DNA of 64,000 bases. Source: Candidatus Kapaibacterium sp. GTDB taxonomy: Bacteria; Bacteroidota; Ignavibacteria; Kapaibacteriales; HRBIN21. Positions 1 through 9,933 of the stretch are shown in pieces; position 1 is the first letter of the stretch, and every line of letters starts with the position of its first letter. Position numbers and translations under genes: made by a program. The stretch is from contig CALKEU010000007.1 in NCBI GenBank assembly GCA_938084565.1, positions 115,039-179,038 on the forward strand, written 5' to 3'. The notes beneath the pieces are model-generated. The model did no database searches. It worked only from the letters and a program-made list of their open reading frames with translations, and had not been told where the DNA came from.

Positions 1-2937
1 CGGTACGTCCTCTTGCTTGGCTCGGCCACGGTGATACCGCCACAGCTGTGGCAAACACGGCGCTGGGGCATGACACCAACTGATTACCCTTATGGCTGCG
101 TGGAAGGGATATACCGCACACCGACCGATATACTCGTCGACGACCCCATCGCTGAGATTGCCGTCGGGCGCATCCCTGTAGAGACCGTGGCGGAAGCTCG
201 CTCTGTTGTCAGGAAGTTGGAAGAGTACGAACAGGGCTTTGCCACTGACTTCTTCCAACCTCGGGTCCTCCTCGTGGCGGGTATCAATGGCTTTCTCCAG
301 CAGACGGAACTCCTGGCGCAGTATTTACCCAGCTCCATTTCCCAGCGGCGGCTCTATGTGACGCCTGGCACTCCCTACTCGGGACATACTGCCGAACTCC
401 TCCAGCTCTTCCAAGAAGGCGCCGGAGTTGTCAACTTCCTCGGCCACGGGGGTGGTGGCATCTGGGAAGATGCAGGGCTGCTGCGGGATGAAGATGTCGA
501 ACTCCTGCGCAATCGGGGACGATATCCAATTGTCTCCAGCCTGACCTGCTTCACTGGGGCTTTCGAACAACGGGGGACTCGCCGAGGATTGCTGACGACC
601 CTCGTTCTGGCGCCTGACCGTGGAGCTGTGGCTGCCTGGGGCAATTCTGGATATGGATGGCTGGAGAACAGCTTCCTGCTCTCGGCAGCGCTTCTAGAAG
701 CCCTTACAACAACCGAGCGTGTTCCGCTCCGTCTCGGGGATGTCTTTCGTGCTGGCAAGCTACTCTACGCTAGCCGTGCATACGGCCTGCAGAATGAGAT
801 TGTGCTCTCAATGCTCCTCCAATCGACCCTCATTGGCGATCCGGCCATGCTTGTACGTTTGCCAGCCGATACGGTCTCGCTTCAGCCCGAACGGTGGGCT
901 GCCGCACCGGGGGAATCCATCACTGTGGGGACGTCGCTCCCCTTCGGCTCTGGGCTGGCGCGGATTTCCATCGCTGATGCGTACGGTAATGACCTGCCCG
1001 GAAGTGAGACCGTCCTGAGTCTTTCGGGGCCCAATGTCCGCTTTTCGGTGACTATTCCGCCTTCCTACACTGGCTCTGCCATTGCTGTGCGCTTCTACGC
1101 CGTTGATGTCTCCGGCCAACGAGCTGTCCGAGGGGGGATACGGCTGAGCACCGGCGCGGTCATCTTTGGCTCCATTGGCTCTATTCCTTCACCTCCCGTA
1201 CCGGGGCAAGCGCTCACGCTGAGCATAACGCTCCACAGCCGGACTCCAGTCCAGAGCGTCATGGCCATTGTGAGCCTCCTCTTGCCCGATGGCAGCACAC
1301 GCTCGCTCGGGACTATGCCCTGCCAGAGGGTCGGTCCGGAAACGTACCAGACCCAATCTCCCATTCCGGCAGCGTCAGTCGTGGCAGGGGCAGAAGTTCG
1401 AGTTCTCTTCACCGTTGTGCTCGCCGATGGGCAGAGCATTAGCTCTCCACTGGCAACCATTCGCATCCCTGGTATCGCCGATCCGGCTGTTGTAGTGCCA
1501 TTGGCCGGGGATAGCCTACGCACGGCCCTCCCCTGGTTGAAGATGGAACCGACACCCAGCGGGGCGCTCTTGCATGCTCGCCTCTTCAACTGGACGGAGA
1601 CGCCCGCCGGCAACGTGCTGGCACGTCTGTGGATCTTCCGGCCCGACGGGGTTCCAACACTTCTGGCCGAACAACGGCTGGATATTCCCGGGAATGGCTT
1701 CAGCGATTGGTTTCTACGGCCGCCTAGCCTTTTGACTCAGCAACGGCTTGCACTGGAGGTCATCAGCGACAGCCTCTCCCGTGGTGGAGACCGTCTCCGG
1801 AGCAATAACTACGCAGAGGACAGCCTCCTGCTTGCCTGCTTTGCTCTGGTACCTGGAATTGGCACAACGCTGGACGGGACACAGACGGCCTGGGTTGGCA
1901 CTCAGGGCAGCGTTATGCTCATCGTCTCGGCTCCACAGGCACCGCCGGCACTGAGTCTGCTCTGCCTCCAGACACAGCCCAGCGCCCGGACTGTCCAGCC
2001 GGATGTTCACTTTGTCCGCCTAGCCGATAGCTCCGCTGCTGTCTCCGTGAGGCTGCTTACGCCTCAGCATGTGCCAGCCACTCTCCGGCTCTGGTATGAT
2101 CCCCGGGACACCAATCTGCGCCATGGGGCGCCTGCCCTCTACCGGAAGCATCCACGGCTAGACCTCTGGCAACGGATTCCCACGCGAGAGAGCGAACCCG
2201 GCATCCTCGAAGCCGACGTCGTGCTTCCGGGCACCTTTGCCGTAGGAACCACCACTGACAAGCGTCCCCCTCAGGTGCGCATTACAGCCGAAGGGCGCAG
2301 CATCCCGGCCCGCACAGTACTGTCGGCCTACCCCCGCATCGGTATCGTCGGCATCGATGACAACGGCATTTCTACCGACACAGCCTCCATTGAGCTGACC
2401 CTCAACGGCCAATCTATCCCGGCGGCCAATTATACGGTCGTCGACACTGCACAGACTCCAACCGCCACAAGCATTAGCTACCGCCCACGACTGGAAAGCG
2501 GAACGCACATCCTCTGCGCAACCTTGACCGACTGTAACGGCAATCGGAGTGAGCGCACCTGCATCCAGTTCGAGGTCTCCACCCAGCTAGAGCTTCGCCT
2601 CCTTGGGACCTTTCCTAATCCCTTCGCCGAGGAGATGTTCGTGGCATATGAGCTGCTGGGGACGAGCAACGTCGATGAGGTAGAGCTGCGCTTCTATACT
2701 GCATCGGGGCGGTCCATCCGCCGGATGCTCTTCCCGACTACCTCTCCCGTGGAGGCCTTTGGCTTTCTGCGGGGTGGGACAGGACTACCGACAGCACCAG
2801 GATACCACGAAATCTGGTGGGATGGTACCGATGAGGATGGTCGCCCTGTGGCGAACGGGATCTACTTCTACCGACTCCGAGTACGGGCCGGTGAAACAAC
2901 GCTGGAGCGGCGAGGCAGTGTGGCGCGCCTTCGTTAA
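1..2937 (+). CDS. Peptidase C25 (gingipain-family) protein with C-terminal T9SS-type domain, PorU-like; 5' end outside window
   Basis: C25 motifs VGRIP, NFLGHG (catalytic His) and SLTCFTG (catalytic Cys). Late Ig domain (DKRPPQV..GIDDNGIST..LESGTH), then FPNPF..WDGTDEDGRPVANGIYFYRL. Frame is open from base 1. Confidence 0.8.
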   Translation, partial: RYVLLLGSATVIPPQLWQTRRWGMTPTDYPYGCVEGIYRTPTDILVDDPIAEIAVGRIPVETVAEARSVVRKLEEYEQGFATDFFQPRVLLVAGINGFLQQTELLAQYLPSSISQRRLYVTPGTPYSGHTAELLQLFQEGAGVVNFLGHGGGGIWEDAGLLRDEDVELLRNRGRYPIVSSLTCFTGAFEQRGTRRGLLTTLVLAPDRGAVAAWGNSGYGWLENSFLLSAALLEALTTTERVPLRLGDVFRAGKLLYASRAYGLQNEIVLSMLLQSTLIGDPAMLVRLPADTVSLQPERWAAAPGESITVGTSLPFGSGLARISIADAYGNDLPGSETVLSLSGPNVRFSVTIPPSYTGSAIAVRFYAVDVSGQRAVRGGIRLSTGAVIFGSIGSIPSPPVPGQALTLSITLHSRTPVQSVMAIVSLLLPDGSTRSLGTMPCQRVGPETYQTQSPIPAASVVAGAEVRVLFTVVLADGQSISSPLATIRIPGIADPAVVVPLAGDSLRTALPWLKMEPTPSGALLHARLFNWTETPAGNVLARLWIFRPDGVPTLLAEQRLDIPGNGFSDWFLRPPSLLTQQRLALEVISDSLSRGGDRLRSNNYAEDSLLLACFALVPGIGTTLDGTQTAWVGTQGSVMLIVSAPQAPPALSLLCLQTQPSARTVQPDVHFVRLADSSAAVSVRLLTPQHVPATLRLWYDPRDTNLRHGAPALYRKHPRLDLWQRIPTRESEPGILEADVVLPGTFAVGTTTDKRPPQVRITAEGRSIPARTVLSAYPRIGIVGIDDNGISTDTASIELTLNGQSIPAANYTVVDTAQTPTATSISYRPRLESGTHILCATLTDCNGNRSERTCIQFEVSTQLELRLLGTFPNPFAEEMFVAYELLGTSNVDEVELRFYTASGRSIRRMLFPTTSPVEAFGFLRGGTGLPTAPGYHEIWWDGTDEDGRPVANGIYFYRLRVRAGETTLERRGSVARLR

Positions 2938-3949
2938 ATGGTTCTGCATTCCACTGTGTCTCTGGGCGCAAGAGGAGCGCTACGCTGGGGCATTTCTTGA
3001 AATTCCGCTCGGGGCTCGCGCGCTCGGTATGGGTGCTGCCGCAACAGCTATAGCCGATGACGCCTGGGGATTCTTTTGGAACGCTGCTGGACTGGGGCTC
3101 TTGCCCGAGGGGATTCTCCTCTCGGGTATGTACAGCTCACAGTACGGGCCGCTCGGTTCCCCGCTGGCACATTACTTCCACACCGGCGTGACCCTCTCTT
3201 TCTCCGGACTCCAAGTAGCAGGGAATTGGATGCGGCTGACTGTGCCCGATTTGCGACGCTATCCGGATCTAACACGGGTGCTCTCCCCGCAAGAGCGCGA
3301 AGAGCTTGTCCGCCGTGCCAGCAGCGGGGAGTTCATCCCGAATGCAGCCGATGCGCTCTGGTTGACCCTTGCACGACTTTTCATCCTGCGACTCGATTTC
3401 GGCTGGCTCCGATTTGCCGTACCGGTAGAAGTCCCGGCCGGAGTCAACCTCAAGCTCATCCACGAACGGATTGCAGAACACAGCGCCTCCGGCATCGGCG
3501 CCGATCTCGGCCTCATCGTGCGAGTAAACCTCAAGGATATCGCCTTCGATGAGCGATGGCCGCGTTTGGCTCTTGGGCTCTTCATTCGTGACCTCGGTGG
3601 CACACGGCTCTTGTGGACAACACAACGTCCACACCGTATCCCCTCCTCCACTCGCTGGGGCGTTGCCGTGACACAACCTCTGGAAATGTGGCACACAGAG
3701 CTAACAGCCGCCTATGACCGCGACAGCCGCTATGGCACCGCTCATCACATTGGCTTCGAAGTACTCTACCGTCGTAGTTTTGCCCTCCGGCTGGGCTGGT
3801 ATACGGGCGTCTTGACCCTCGGTGCCGGCATCGATGCTGGGTTCCTTACGGCAGACTATGCCTTCATGGCTGAATCGGATGTCCAACTGGGCAATATCCA
3901 CCGTTTAAGCGTGAGCGTCCGGCTGCAACGCCTTCTGGAGCGCTTGTAA
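2918..3949 (+). CDS. PorV/PorQ-family outer-membrane beta-barrel
   Basis: Signal peptide, then YAGAFLEIPLGARALGMG..ADDA..FWNAAGL, the typical PorV N-terminus. Amphipathic beta strands and C-terminal HRLSV. In-frame GTG 2918 chosen as start. Confidence 0.8.
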   Translation: MWRAFVKWFCIPLCLWAQEERYAGAFLEIPLGARALGMGAAATAIADDAWGFFWNAAGLGLLPEGILLSGMYSSQYGPLGSPLAHYFHTGVTLSFSGLQVAGNWMRLTVPDLRRYPDLTRVLSPQEREELVRRASSGEFIPNAADALWLTLARLFILRLDFGWLRFAVPVEVPAGVNLKLIHERIAEHSASGIGADLGLIVRVNLKDIAFDERWPRLALGLFIRDLGGTRLLWTTQRPHRIPSSTRWGVAVTQPLEMWHTELTAAYDRDSRYGTAHHIGFEVLYRRSFALRLGWYTGVLTLGAGIDAGFLTADYAFMAESDVQLGNIHRLSVSVRLQRLLERL

Positions 3950-4710
3950 TGCGAGTCCACCTCACGGGGCTGGTAGCCATAGGTCTTTTGAGCTGTGGGA
4001 CTCCCACCGCCCCCCCGCCTTCGCTGACCCTTGTTCCACAGTGGGTGCCGCAGAGTCCCGACACAGCCCCTTTCGAAACTGGAATCCGACCCTGGCCCGA
4101 TGCAGCTCTCAACGGAGTTGGGGGTATCCGACTCGAATGGTATGCTCTTGACCCCCTGCAAATCGGTGGCTACCGCCTCTATCGGGCAGATACAACCGAT
4201 TCGGCAGGCATCCCGATCAATTTCCGGGAGCTTGCCACGATAGAGTATGGCACAACGGCAGAAGACACCGCTTTCGTGGATGAAGCCGTGACGCACTGGC
4301 GGACGTACTACTATCGGCTCCATGCTCTCGACCGTTCCCCACAGCGCCGCGAAGGTCCTCCTTCGGCCATTATACACTTCACGCTGGAGCCGCCTCCTAT
4401 CCCATTGTCCCCAGTCGGCGCCGTCCATCCCGATTCTGTCGTCTTCCGTTGGAGCAACAATGTCGGCTACGTCGTCCTACGGGTCTTCGAAGTAGACTCT
4501 ACGGCTCCCGAGCTACCCGGGCGCCCAGTATGGGTCTTTGCCGGGCCTCCGCGCGATTACTCAAATCCCCGCATCCCCTACAATGCCGATGGGCGAGCTG
4601 AGCCGCTGCAAGCAGGCAAGCTCTACCGCTGGCGTATTAGCCGCATAACGGTTGGCCGTCCCGACCGGGGAGCAACCTCCTTCTGGCAAACTTTCTGGCT
4701 TCGACAATAA
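3949..4710 (+). CDS. Lipoprotein with fibronectin-III-like fold
   Basis: Lipobox LLSC; LEW..GYRLYRA..FVD..YYYRLHA pattern; start overlaps upstream stop. Confidence 0.65.
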   Translation: MRVHLTGLVAIGLLSCGTPTAPPPSLTLVPQWVPQSPDTAPFETGIRPWPDAALNGVGGIRLEWYALDPLQIGGYRLYRADTTDSAGIPINFRELATIEYGTTAEDTAFVDEAVTHWRTYYYRLHALDRSPQRREGPPSAIIHFTLEPPPIPLSPVGAVHPDSVVFRWSNNVGYVVLRVFEVDSTAPELPGRPVWVFAGPPRDYSNPRIPYNADGRAEPLQAGKLYRWRISRITVGRPDRGATSFWQTFWLRQ

Positions 4711-4722
4711 GGTGTACTGCCA

Positions 4723-5253
4723 ATGTGGCGCCTCTGTCTCTACCTTGTCCCTCTGGCACTTGTGTGGTCCCAGCCGCCGCGCGAGCTCTTTCCCCGCGAA
4801 GGAACCCCCCCGCAGCGCCCGCTGCCCTACACGGGGCTGGGAGGAGCCGCCTATTACGATCTGAGCTTCGGAGCCGGACTGACTATACCGGTCAACCTCT
4901 GGGGATATGTGCGCGTTCCCGGCCGCTACTTAGTCCCGAGCTCGACAACGCTGGTCCAGCTCATCTCCTTCGGGGGTGGGCCCACGGAATATGCGCGGCT
5001 GACCGACGTGCGGATCATTCGCGATGTGCGGGTTGACACCACCATTGTCGAGCGCGTCCTAGTGTACAACTTGGAGCTGTACCAACGGACGGGTGATCCC
5101 AGCCAGAATCCCCTCCTCTACCCTGGGGATACCGTCATCGTGCCCGGTGGAGCGTTGAGCACGCTAGAAGTCGTCGTCGGGGTCGTCCGCGACGTCCTGC
5201 TCATCCTCCAAGCTGCCATCACATTAGCGCTCTTCTTCCGAGGCGGTCGATGA
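4723..5253 (+). CDS. SLBB-domain (short Wza/polysaccharide-export-like) protein
   Basis: VNLWGYVRVPGRY..TTLVQLISFGGGPTEYA..LYPGDTVIVP and a C-terminal hydrophobic helix. Confidence 0.7.
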   Translation: MWRLCLYLVPLALVWSQPPRELFPREGTPPQRPLPYTGLGGAAYYDLSFGAGLTIPVNLWGYVRVPGRYLVPSSTTLVQLISFGGGPTEYARLTDVRIIRDVRVDTTIVERVLVYNLELYQRTGDPSQNPLLYPGDTVIVPGGALSTLEVVVGVVRDVLLILQAAITLALFFRGGR

Positions 5254-6470
5254 AGCAGCTCGTTGCTCTTTTGCTATTGCTATCGTTGAGTTGCTCGGGG
5301 CCCTCGAGGGAACCTACCCTCCGTTTTTGGCACTTCTGGGGAGAACCTTCCCATCGCGCTGCCCTCCATGAGCTGATTGCGGAGTTCGAGCGCCGCTTCA
5401 ACTGCCGCGTAGAGCTGACGGAACTGACCTGGAACGAGGGGAAAACCAAGCTGTTTGCCGCCTTCCATGCTGGCACACCTCCCGATGTGGTCGAGCTGGG
5501 CTCAGATTGGGTGGCCCAATTCTCCAGCGCCGGAGTTCTCTGGGCAATTCCAGTCGATAGCATCGAGCTTGCTCACTTTGTCCCCTTTGCCCTTCCCGCC
5601 TGCTACTGGCGGGATAGCCTCTATGCGCTTCCTTGGATTGTGGACACGCGGCTACTCTTCCTCAATCGGACGGCGCTCCGCCGGGCGGGCTTGCCAGACG
5701 AGCCACCCCGTAGCTGGAGCGATCTCCTCCGTACCGCCGAACGGCTACATTCCCCACCGGATGTCTATGGCTGCGCTGTCAATGGAGCCGATCCCCATCG
5801 GCTCTACAAGAAAGTGCTGCCGCTTATTTGGAGCTTCGGTGGCGATGTACTCGATAGCGCTGGCCGGCCTACACTGACCCATCCCTCTGTCGTTGCGGCG
5901 CTTGATTTCTACAGCCAGCTGGCTCGCGTTGGCATTGTCGAGACGCAGCGCCAGCTCGATGAGCTCTTCCTCCAGGGGAAAGTTGGCTTTTGGATCTCCG
6001 GGGCCTGGCTTGCCGAGAAGCTGCGACAGCAACAGCCTTCGTGGGACTATGCCCTAGCACCGCTACCTGGCATTGCTGCTCAGCAGCCCGGCATTAGTTT
6101 TGCCGGTGGGCAATATTTGGCCATCAGTGCTGCATCGCCTCGCAAAGAGCTAGCTCTCCATCTGCTGCGCTTTCTGACCGCTGGGGAGCAAGCCATTCGT
6201 TTCTGCCGTCGCGTGCCCGAGGCGGGTTTCCCGGCCGATAGACGCTTCCATGCGGATTCGCTCCTCCTACAGGTCCCCTACCGACATAGCTTTGCTGAAC
6301 AGCTTCGGCACGCCCGGATGACCCCCGTCCATCCTCACTGGCTCGAGGTGGAAGCTGCACTCGAACATGCCGTCGTTGAAGTCCTCTACGGAATGGCCTC
6401 ACCCCGAGACGCACTCCAGCGGGCACAAGCGCAGCTGGAGAGACAGCTCATCAGCCAGCAATCCCGTTGA
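5250..6470 (+). CDS. Sugar-type ABC extracellular solute-binding lipoprotein
   Basis: Lipobox SLSC; TLRFWHFW, GTPPDVVELG, YALPWIVDTRLLFLNR, FLQGKVGFWISGAW. Confidence 0.85.
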   Translation: MKQLVALLLLLSLSCSGPSREPTLRFWHFWGEPSHRAALHELIAEFERRFNCRVELTELTWNEGKTKLFAAFHAGTPPDVVELGSDWVAQFSSAGVLWAIPVDSIELAHFVPFALPACYWRDSLYALPWIVDTRLLFLNRTALRRAGLPDEPPRSWSDLLRTAERLHSPPDVYGCAVNGADPHRLYKKVLPLIWSFGGDVLDSAGRPTLTHPSVVAALDFYSQLARVGIVETQRQLDELFLQGKVGFWISGAWLAEKLRQQQPSWDYALAPLPGIAAQQPGISFAGGQYLAISAASPRKELALHLLRFLTAGEQAIRFCRRVPEAGFPADRRFHADSLLLQVPYRHSFAEQLRHARMTPVHPHWLEVEAALEHAVVEVLYGMASPRDALQRAQAQLERQLISQQSR

Positions 6471-6924
6471 TCAACCATCGCAGCCGTCCCCTCCACTGTC
6501 GCGGTTCAGGCACGACGACGCAGCAGATAGCTCCCGCGGGAAATTCAAAGCGCAACTGTGGAGCTCCGCACAGCTCAGCAATCCAAGCCGGCATACTCGG
6601 CGCATGCCCCACCAGGAGCAATTGCTCACACTCTCGGAAAGCCACCAATAAGGCCTGAACTCCGACCGTTGAACCTGAAGGCGAGAGAGCTGCATCGGTT
6701 AGGATATCCCCCTGATAGCCGAGTCCTTCAGCTATGAGCTGTGCCGTCTCAACTGCCCGTCGATAGGGGCTGCTGAGAATCCACTCAGGGCGAACCTGGA
6801 ACATCGGGAGGAGTCTGAGAAGATGCTGCACGTATTGGCGCCCCTCGGGGCTGAGCTGTCGCAGGAGATCGGTCTCCGGAGTGCCCGGCTCTGCCAGGGC
6901 ATGCCGCATCAGGTAGAGCAACAT
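6451..6924 (-). CDS. sixA: Phosphohistidine phosphatase SixA
   Basis: LYLMRHA, ILSSPYRRAVETA and LLVGH histidine-phosphatase motifs. Confidence 0.85.
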   Translation of the reverse strand: MLLYLMRHALAEPGTPETDLLRQLSPEGRQYVQHLLRLLPMFQVRPEWILSSPYRRAVETAQLIAEGLGYQGDILTDAALSPSGSTVGVQALLVAFRECEQLLLVGHAPSMPAWIAELCGAPQLRFEFPAGAICCVVVPEPRQWRGRLRWLINGIAG

Positions 6925-6959
6925 GCCATTCGTCTCCCTCAGTCCGACAGTTGCCAGAG

Positions 6960-6967
6960 CAAAAATA
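6960..6967 (-). promoter_or_regulatory. Putative TAnnTTTG (-7) promoter element
   Basis: TATTTTTG on the minus strand about 36 nt upstream of the sixA ATG. Confidence 0.55.
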
Positions 6968-6970
6968 CTC

Positions 6971-9004
6971 TCACGGGGCGCTTGGGGGATCTGCCGGAGG
7001 GAGGTGCTCTGCGAGGAGCTCGGCAATATCGCGGACCCGCACAGTTTCGGCCTGGCCGTGAACCTTGACCCCATCGGTCAGCATGGTCATACAGAAGGGG
7101 CAGTTGACAGCGATGACTCCTGCTCCGGTGCGCAGCAGCTCTTCCGTACGCTCGAGATTGACTCTTTTGCCTTCACGCTCTTCCATGAACATGCGCCCAC
7201 CTCCGGCACCGCAACAGAAGCCGCGATCGGCCGCCCGTTCGGGATAGCGCACCTCGAGGCCGGGAAGAATTTCCAGGAGGAAGCGTGGAGCCTCGTACTC
7301 GTCATTGTAGCGCCCGAGGTAACAGGAGTCGTGATAGACGACCGTCTCCAGCAGCGTCGGGAGCGTTGACTGGTTCAGCCGGAGACGCCCTTCCTCCAGC
7401 AGACGGCGGAGATACTGTGTGTGGTGGTAGACGGTGTAGCGCCCACCGAAGCGAGGGTATTCGTTCTTGAGGGTGTTGTAGCAGTGAGGGCAGAGGGTAA
7501 GGATTGTATGCACGCCGTAGCGGTTCAAGGTCTCCACATTGGTGCGGATGAGCATATCGGCAAGATACTCATGGCCTGTGCGCCGCGCCGGATCACCTGT
7601 ACAGCGCTCTTCAGCCCCCAAGATGCGGAAGCGGATCCCAGCGGCAGCGAGGAGTTCTACGAGCGCTCGTGCAACGCGCTGGGCGCGCTGGTCATAGCTT
7701 GCTGCACAGCCCACCCAGAAGAGGAGCTCGTAATCGGTGTGGTCGTCAGCGAGTGTCTTGATCGGCAAGCCGGCTGCCCAGGCCGCCCGATCGGCAGCAG
7801 CAAAGGCCCACGGGGTTGCATTGATTTCGAGATTTCCGTACGCAGACTGCAACTCCCCTGGGAAGTTCGCCTCCATCATGACCAAGCCGCGACGCAGCTC
7901 GACAATCACCGGGACGTGCTCAATCATGACAGGGCACTCCTGCATGCACGCCCCGCAGGTCGTGCACTGCCATAGGGCCTCGGGGGGAATGTAATCCCCC
8001 ACAAAGCGCTTCTGCAGAAGAGCCTGCTCCTGTGGGGTCAATGTCTGTCCACGGCGCTGCTTGAGGAGCAACGGCATGCGATCGAGCGTTCGCTGCCGTA
8101 CAGCGACAATAATGGCTCGTGGATCGAGCACCTTGCCTGTCTGCTGTGCAGGACAGACACTCGTGCAGCGCCCACAGTGCGTACATGAGTACCCATCCAG
8201 TATGCTCTTCCACGACAGATGCTCGACATCGGTTGCTCCAAACGTGGGGGCATCCGCCTGCGTGAAGTCAAGCGGCTCAAGGGTATTGACCGGCCCGACG
8301 CGGGCGAAGAAAACATTGGGGATCGAGGTGAGCACATGCAGATGTTTGGAAAAGGGCAGGTAGTTCAGGAAGATGAGGATGCAGCCGATGTGAAGCCACC
8401 ATGCCACTTCGAAGAGGAAGCGAGTCTGCTCAGCCACTGGGAATAAGCCAGCCAGGAGCCAAGCCACTGGGCGAACAGCTCCATCGTGGTCAACTCCGAG
8501 AGCAACCCGGGCGCCATTTTGCACAAGCAGTGCAGAGACAATCACGGTGATGAGTCCCAGAATCACGGCCGCATCCCGCTGCTCACTCGGGGGCCCCTGG
8601 AGTCGGGTAACACGCTGTACCCATCGCCGCCAGGCTGCTGCTATAACCCCCAGCAGAACAAAGACACAGAAGAGGTCCACCAGGACAGTGCTCGCTGTGT
8701 ACACTGGCCCGAGAAAGCTCAGCGACCAGCGTGGGTGAAAGCCTTCTAAGACGGCCTCTACCGCCGAGGTCAACAGAATCAGGAAGCCCCAAAAGATGGC
8801 CGCATGGAGTAGGCCGGCCGTCCGATCCCGCAGCAGCCGTTGCTGCGCCAGCGCAACGAGTAGTGTCTGCCATATCCGTCGGGGAAGCTGGTCCCAACGG
8901 GGCTCCGGACGCGCCAGCCAGAGAAACTGCAACAGACGGCTCACGTTGTAAGCGAAGATGCCCATAGCCCCGAGGAACATTGGAATAAAGACGAGCGCAC
9001 GCAT
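6971..9004 (-). CDS. Membrane-bound Fe-S oxidoreductase (FadF/GlpC/HdrD-like)
   Basis: N-terminal TM domain with His residues; two 4Fe-4S motifs (CTHCGRCTSVCP, CTTCGACMQECP); two CCG-type domains (ERCTGD..CPHC; YHDSCY..CCGAGGG..CPFC); SD GAGGAG. Confidence 0.88.
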   Translation of the reverse strand: MRALVFIPMFLGAMGIFAYNVSRLLQFLWLARPEPRWDQLPRRIWQTLLVALAQQRLLRDRTAGLLHAAIFWGFLILLTSAVEAVLEGFHPRWSLSFLGPVYTASTVLVDLFCVFVLLGVIAAAWRRWVQRVTRLQGPPSEQRDAAVILGLITVIVSALLVQNGARVALGVDHDGAVRPVAWLLAGLFPVAEQTRFLFEVAWWLHIGCILIFLNYLPFSKHLHVLTSIPNVFFARVGPVNTLEPLDFTQADAPTFGATDVEHLSWKSILDGYSCTHCGRCTSVCPAQQTGKVLDPRAIIVAVRQRTLDRMPLLLKQRRGQTLTPQEQALLQKRFVGDYIPPEALWQCTTCGACMQECPVMIEHVPVIVELRRGLVMMEANFPGELQSAYGNLEINATPWAFAAADRAAWAAGLPIKTLADDHTDYELLFWVGCAASYDQRAQRVARALVELLAAAGIRFRILGAEERCTGDPARRTGHEYLADMLIRTNVETLNRYGVHTILTLCPHCYNTLKNEYPRFGGRYTVYHHTQYLRRLLEEGRLRLNQSTLPTLLETVVYHDSCYLGRYNDEYEAPRFLLEILPGLEVRYPERAADRGFCCGAGGGRMFMEEREGKRVNLERTEELLRTGAGVIAVNCPFCMTMLTDGVKVHGQAETVRVRDIAELLAEHLPPADPPSAP

Positions 9005-9043
9005 GAACACTCCTCTCACAAAACCGCACCAGTGTAGACACCG

Positions 9044-9051
9044 CAAAAATA
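9044..9051 (-). promoter_or_regulatory. Putative TAnnTTTG promoter element
   Basis: TATTTTTG about 40 nt upstream of the Fe-S oxidoreductase ATG. Confidence 0.55.
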
Positions 9052-9187
9052 GCCACCACTATGCCGCCTATAGCAGCACCCCTATCCTCGGCAAGGAGGT
9101 GTTCCCACAAGCTTGGCGGCAAATACTTCGGAGGGCTAATCATATCGGCCGCTAACGCAAATCATTGTTTCGCCTCCCTACCGGCAA

Positions 9188-9195
9188 TAGCTTTG
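9188..9195 (+). promoter_or_regulatory. Putative TAnnTTTG promoter element
   Basis: TAGCTTTG about 34 nt upstream of the Crp/Fnr ATG, with a TTG about 20 nt further upstream. Confidence 0.5.
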
Positions 9196-9228
9196 CACTC
9201 GTCTGAGCCAATGACTCCAGGAGCTAGC

Positions 9229-9933
9229 ATGACAGCCACCACCCAATTCTGCAGCTACTGTCCCCACAGTTGGCTGAATCCTCTCAGGGAACTCGACAGC
9301 GAGGCGCAGCAGGCTTTAGCACAGGAACGGCGTGTAGAGCTTTTCCCACCCCGCACCACTATTGTTCGCTACGGGGAGCCCGTCAATTCCCTATACTGCA
9401 TCTCTCGAGGAACGGCAAAAGCGGTCCTCCCATACTCGGGGCGCTCCGAGTCGGCCGAGCTTCTCATCGCTCTTCTCAAAGCAGGCAACATCATCGGGTT
9501 GCGAGATCTCTTCGGAGAGCGCCGCCACACAGTCAATGTGGTTGCCCTTGAGGAGATCCAGGCCTGCGTGCTCCCGGCCGCCCTCATCGAACGCTACGCC
9601 CGCCAGTACCCCCAGTTCTGGATTCAAGTAGCGCAACTCCTCGTCCGTGAGATTGAAGCTCTCGAAGAGCAACTCCTGCTCCTCCACCGACGGTCCATCC
9701 GTGAACGTGTCCTGCACTTATTGCTTCTGCTTTCTCGGACCTATGGCACAGACGAGCACGGATACATCCGTTTCCCGGTGAACCCGAACACTATTGCCGA
9801 TCTCCTGCAGAGCTCGGTCTCTGCCGTACGTCGAATTTTGCTGTCGCTAGAGCGTCGTCACCTTATCAGCATCAACGGCAACCGCATGCGTATTCTGGAT
9901 GCCGACACCCTTCGGCACTTGCTGCAGAACTAG
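9229..9933 (+). CDS. Crp/Fnr-family transcriptional regulator
   Basis: cNMP-binding fold (GEPVNSLYCISRG..GNIIG), RERVLHLLL helix, C-terminal HTH; N-terminal CSYC; SD CAGGAG. Confidence 0.85.
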   Translation: MTATTQFCSYCPHSWLNPLRELDSEAQQALAQERRVELFPPRTTIVRYGEPVNSLYCISRGTAKAVLPYSGRSESAELLIALLKAGNIIGLRDLFGERRHTVNVVALEEIQACVLPAALIERYARQYPQFWIQVAQLLVREIEALEEQLLLLHRRSIRERVLHLLLLLSRTYGTDEHGYIRFPVNPNTIADLLQSSVSAVRRILLSLERRHLISINGNRMRILDADTLRHLLQN

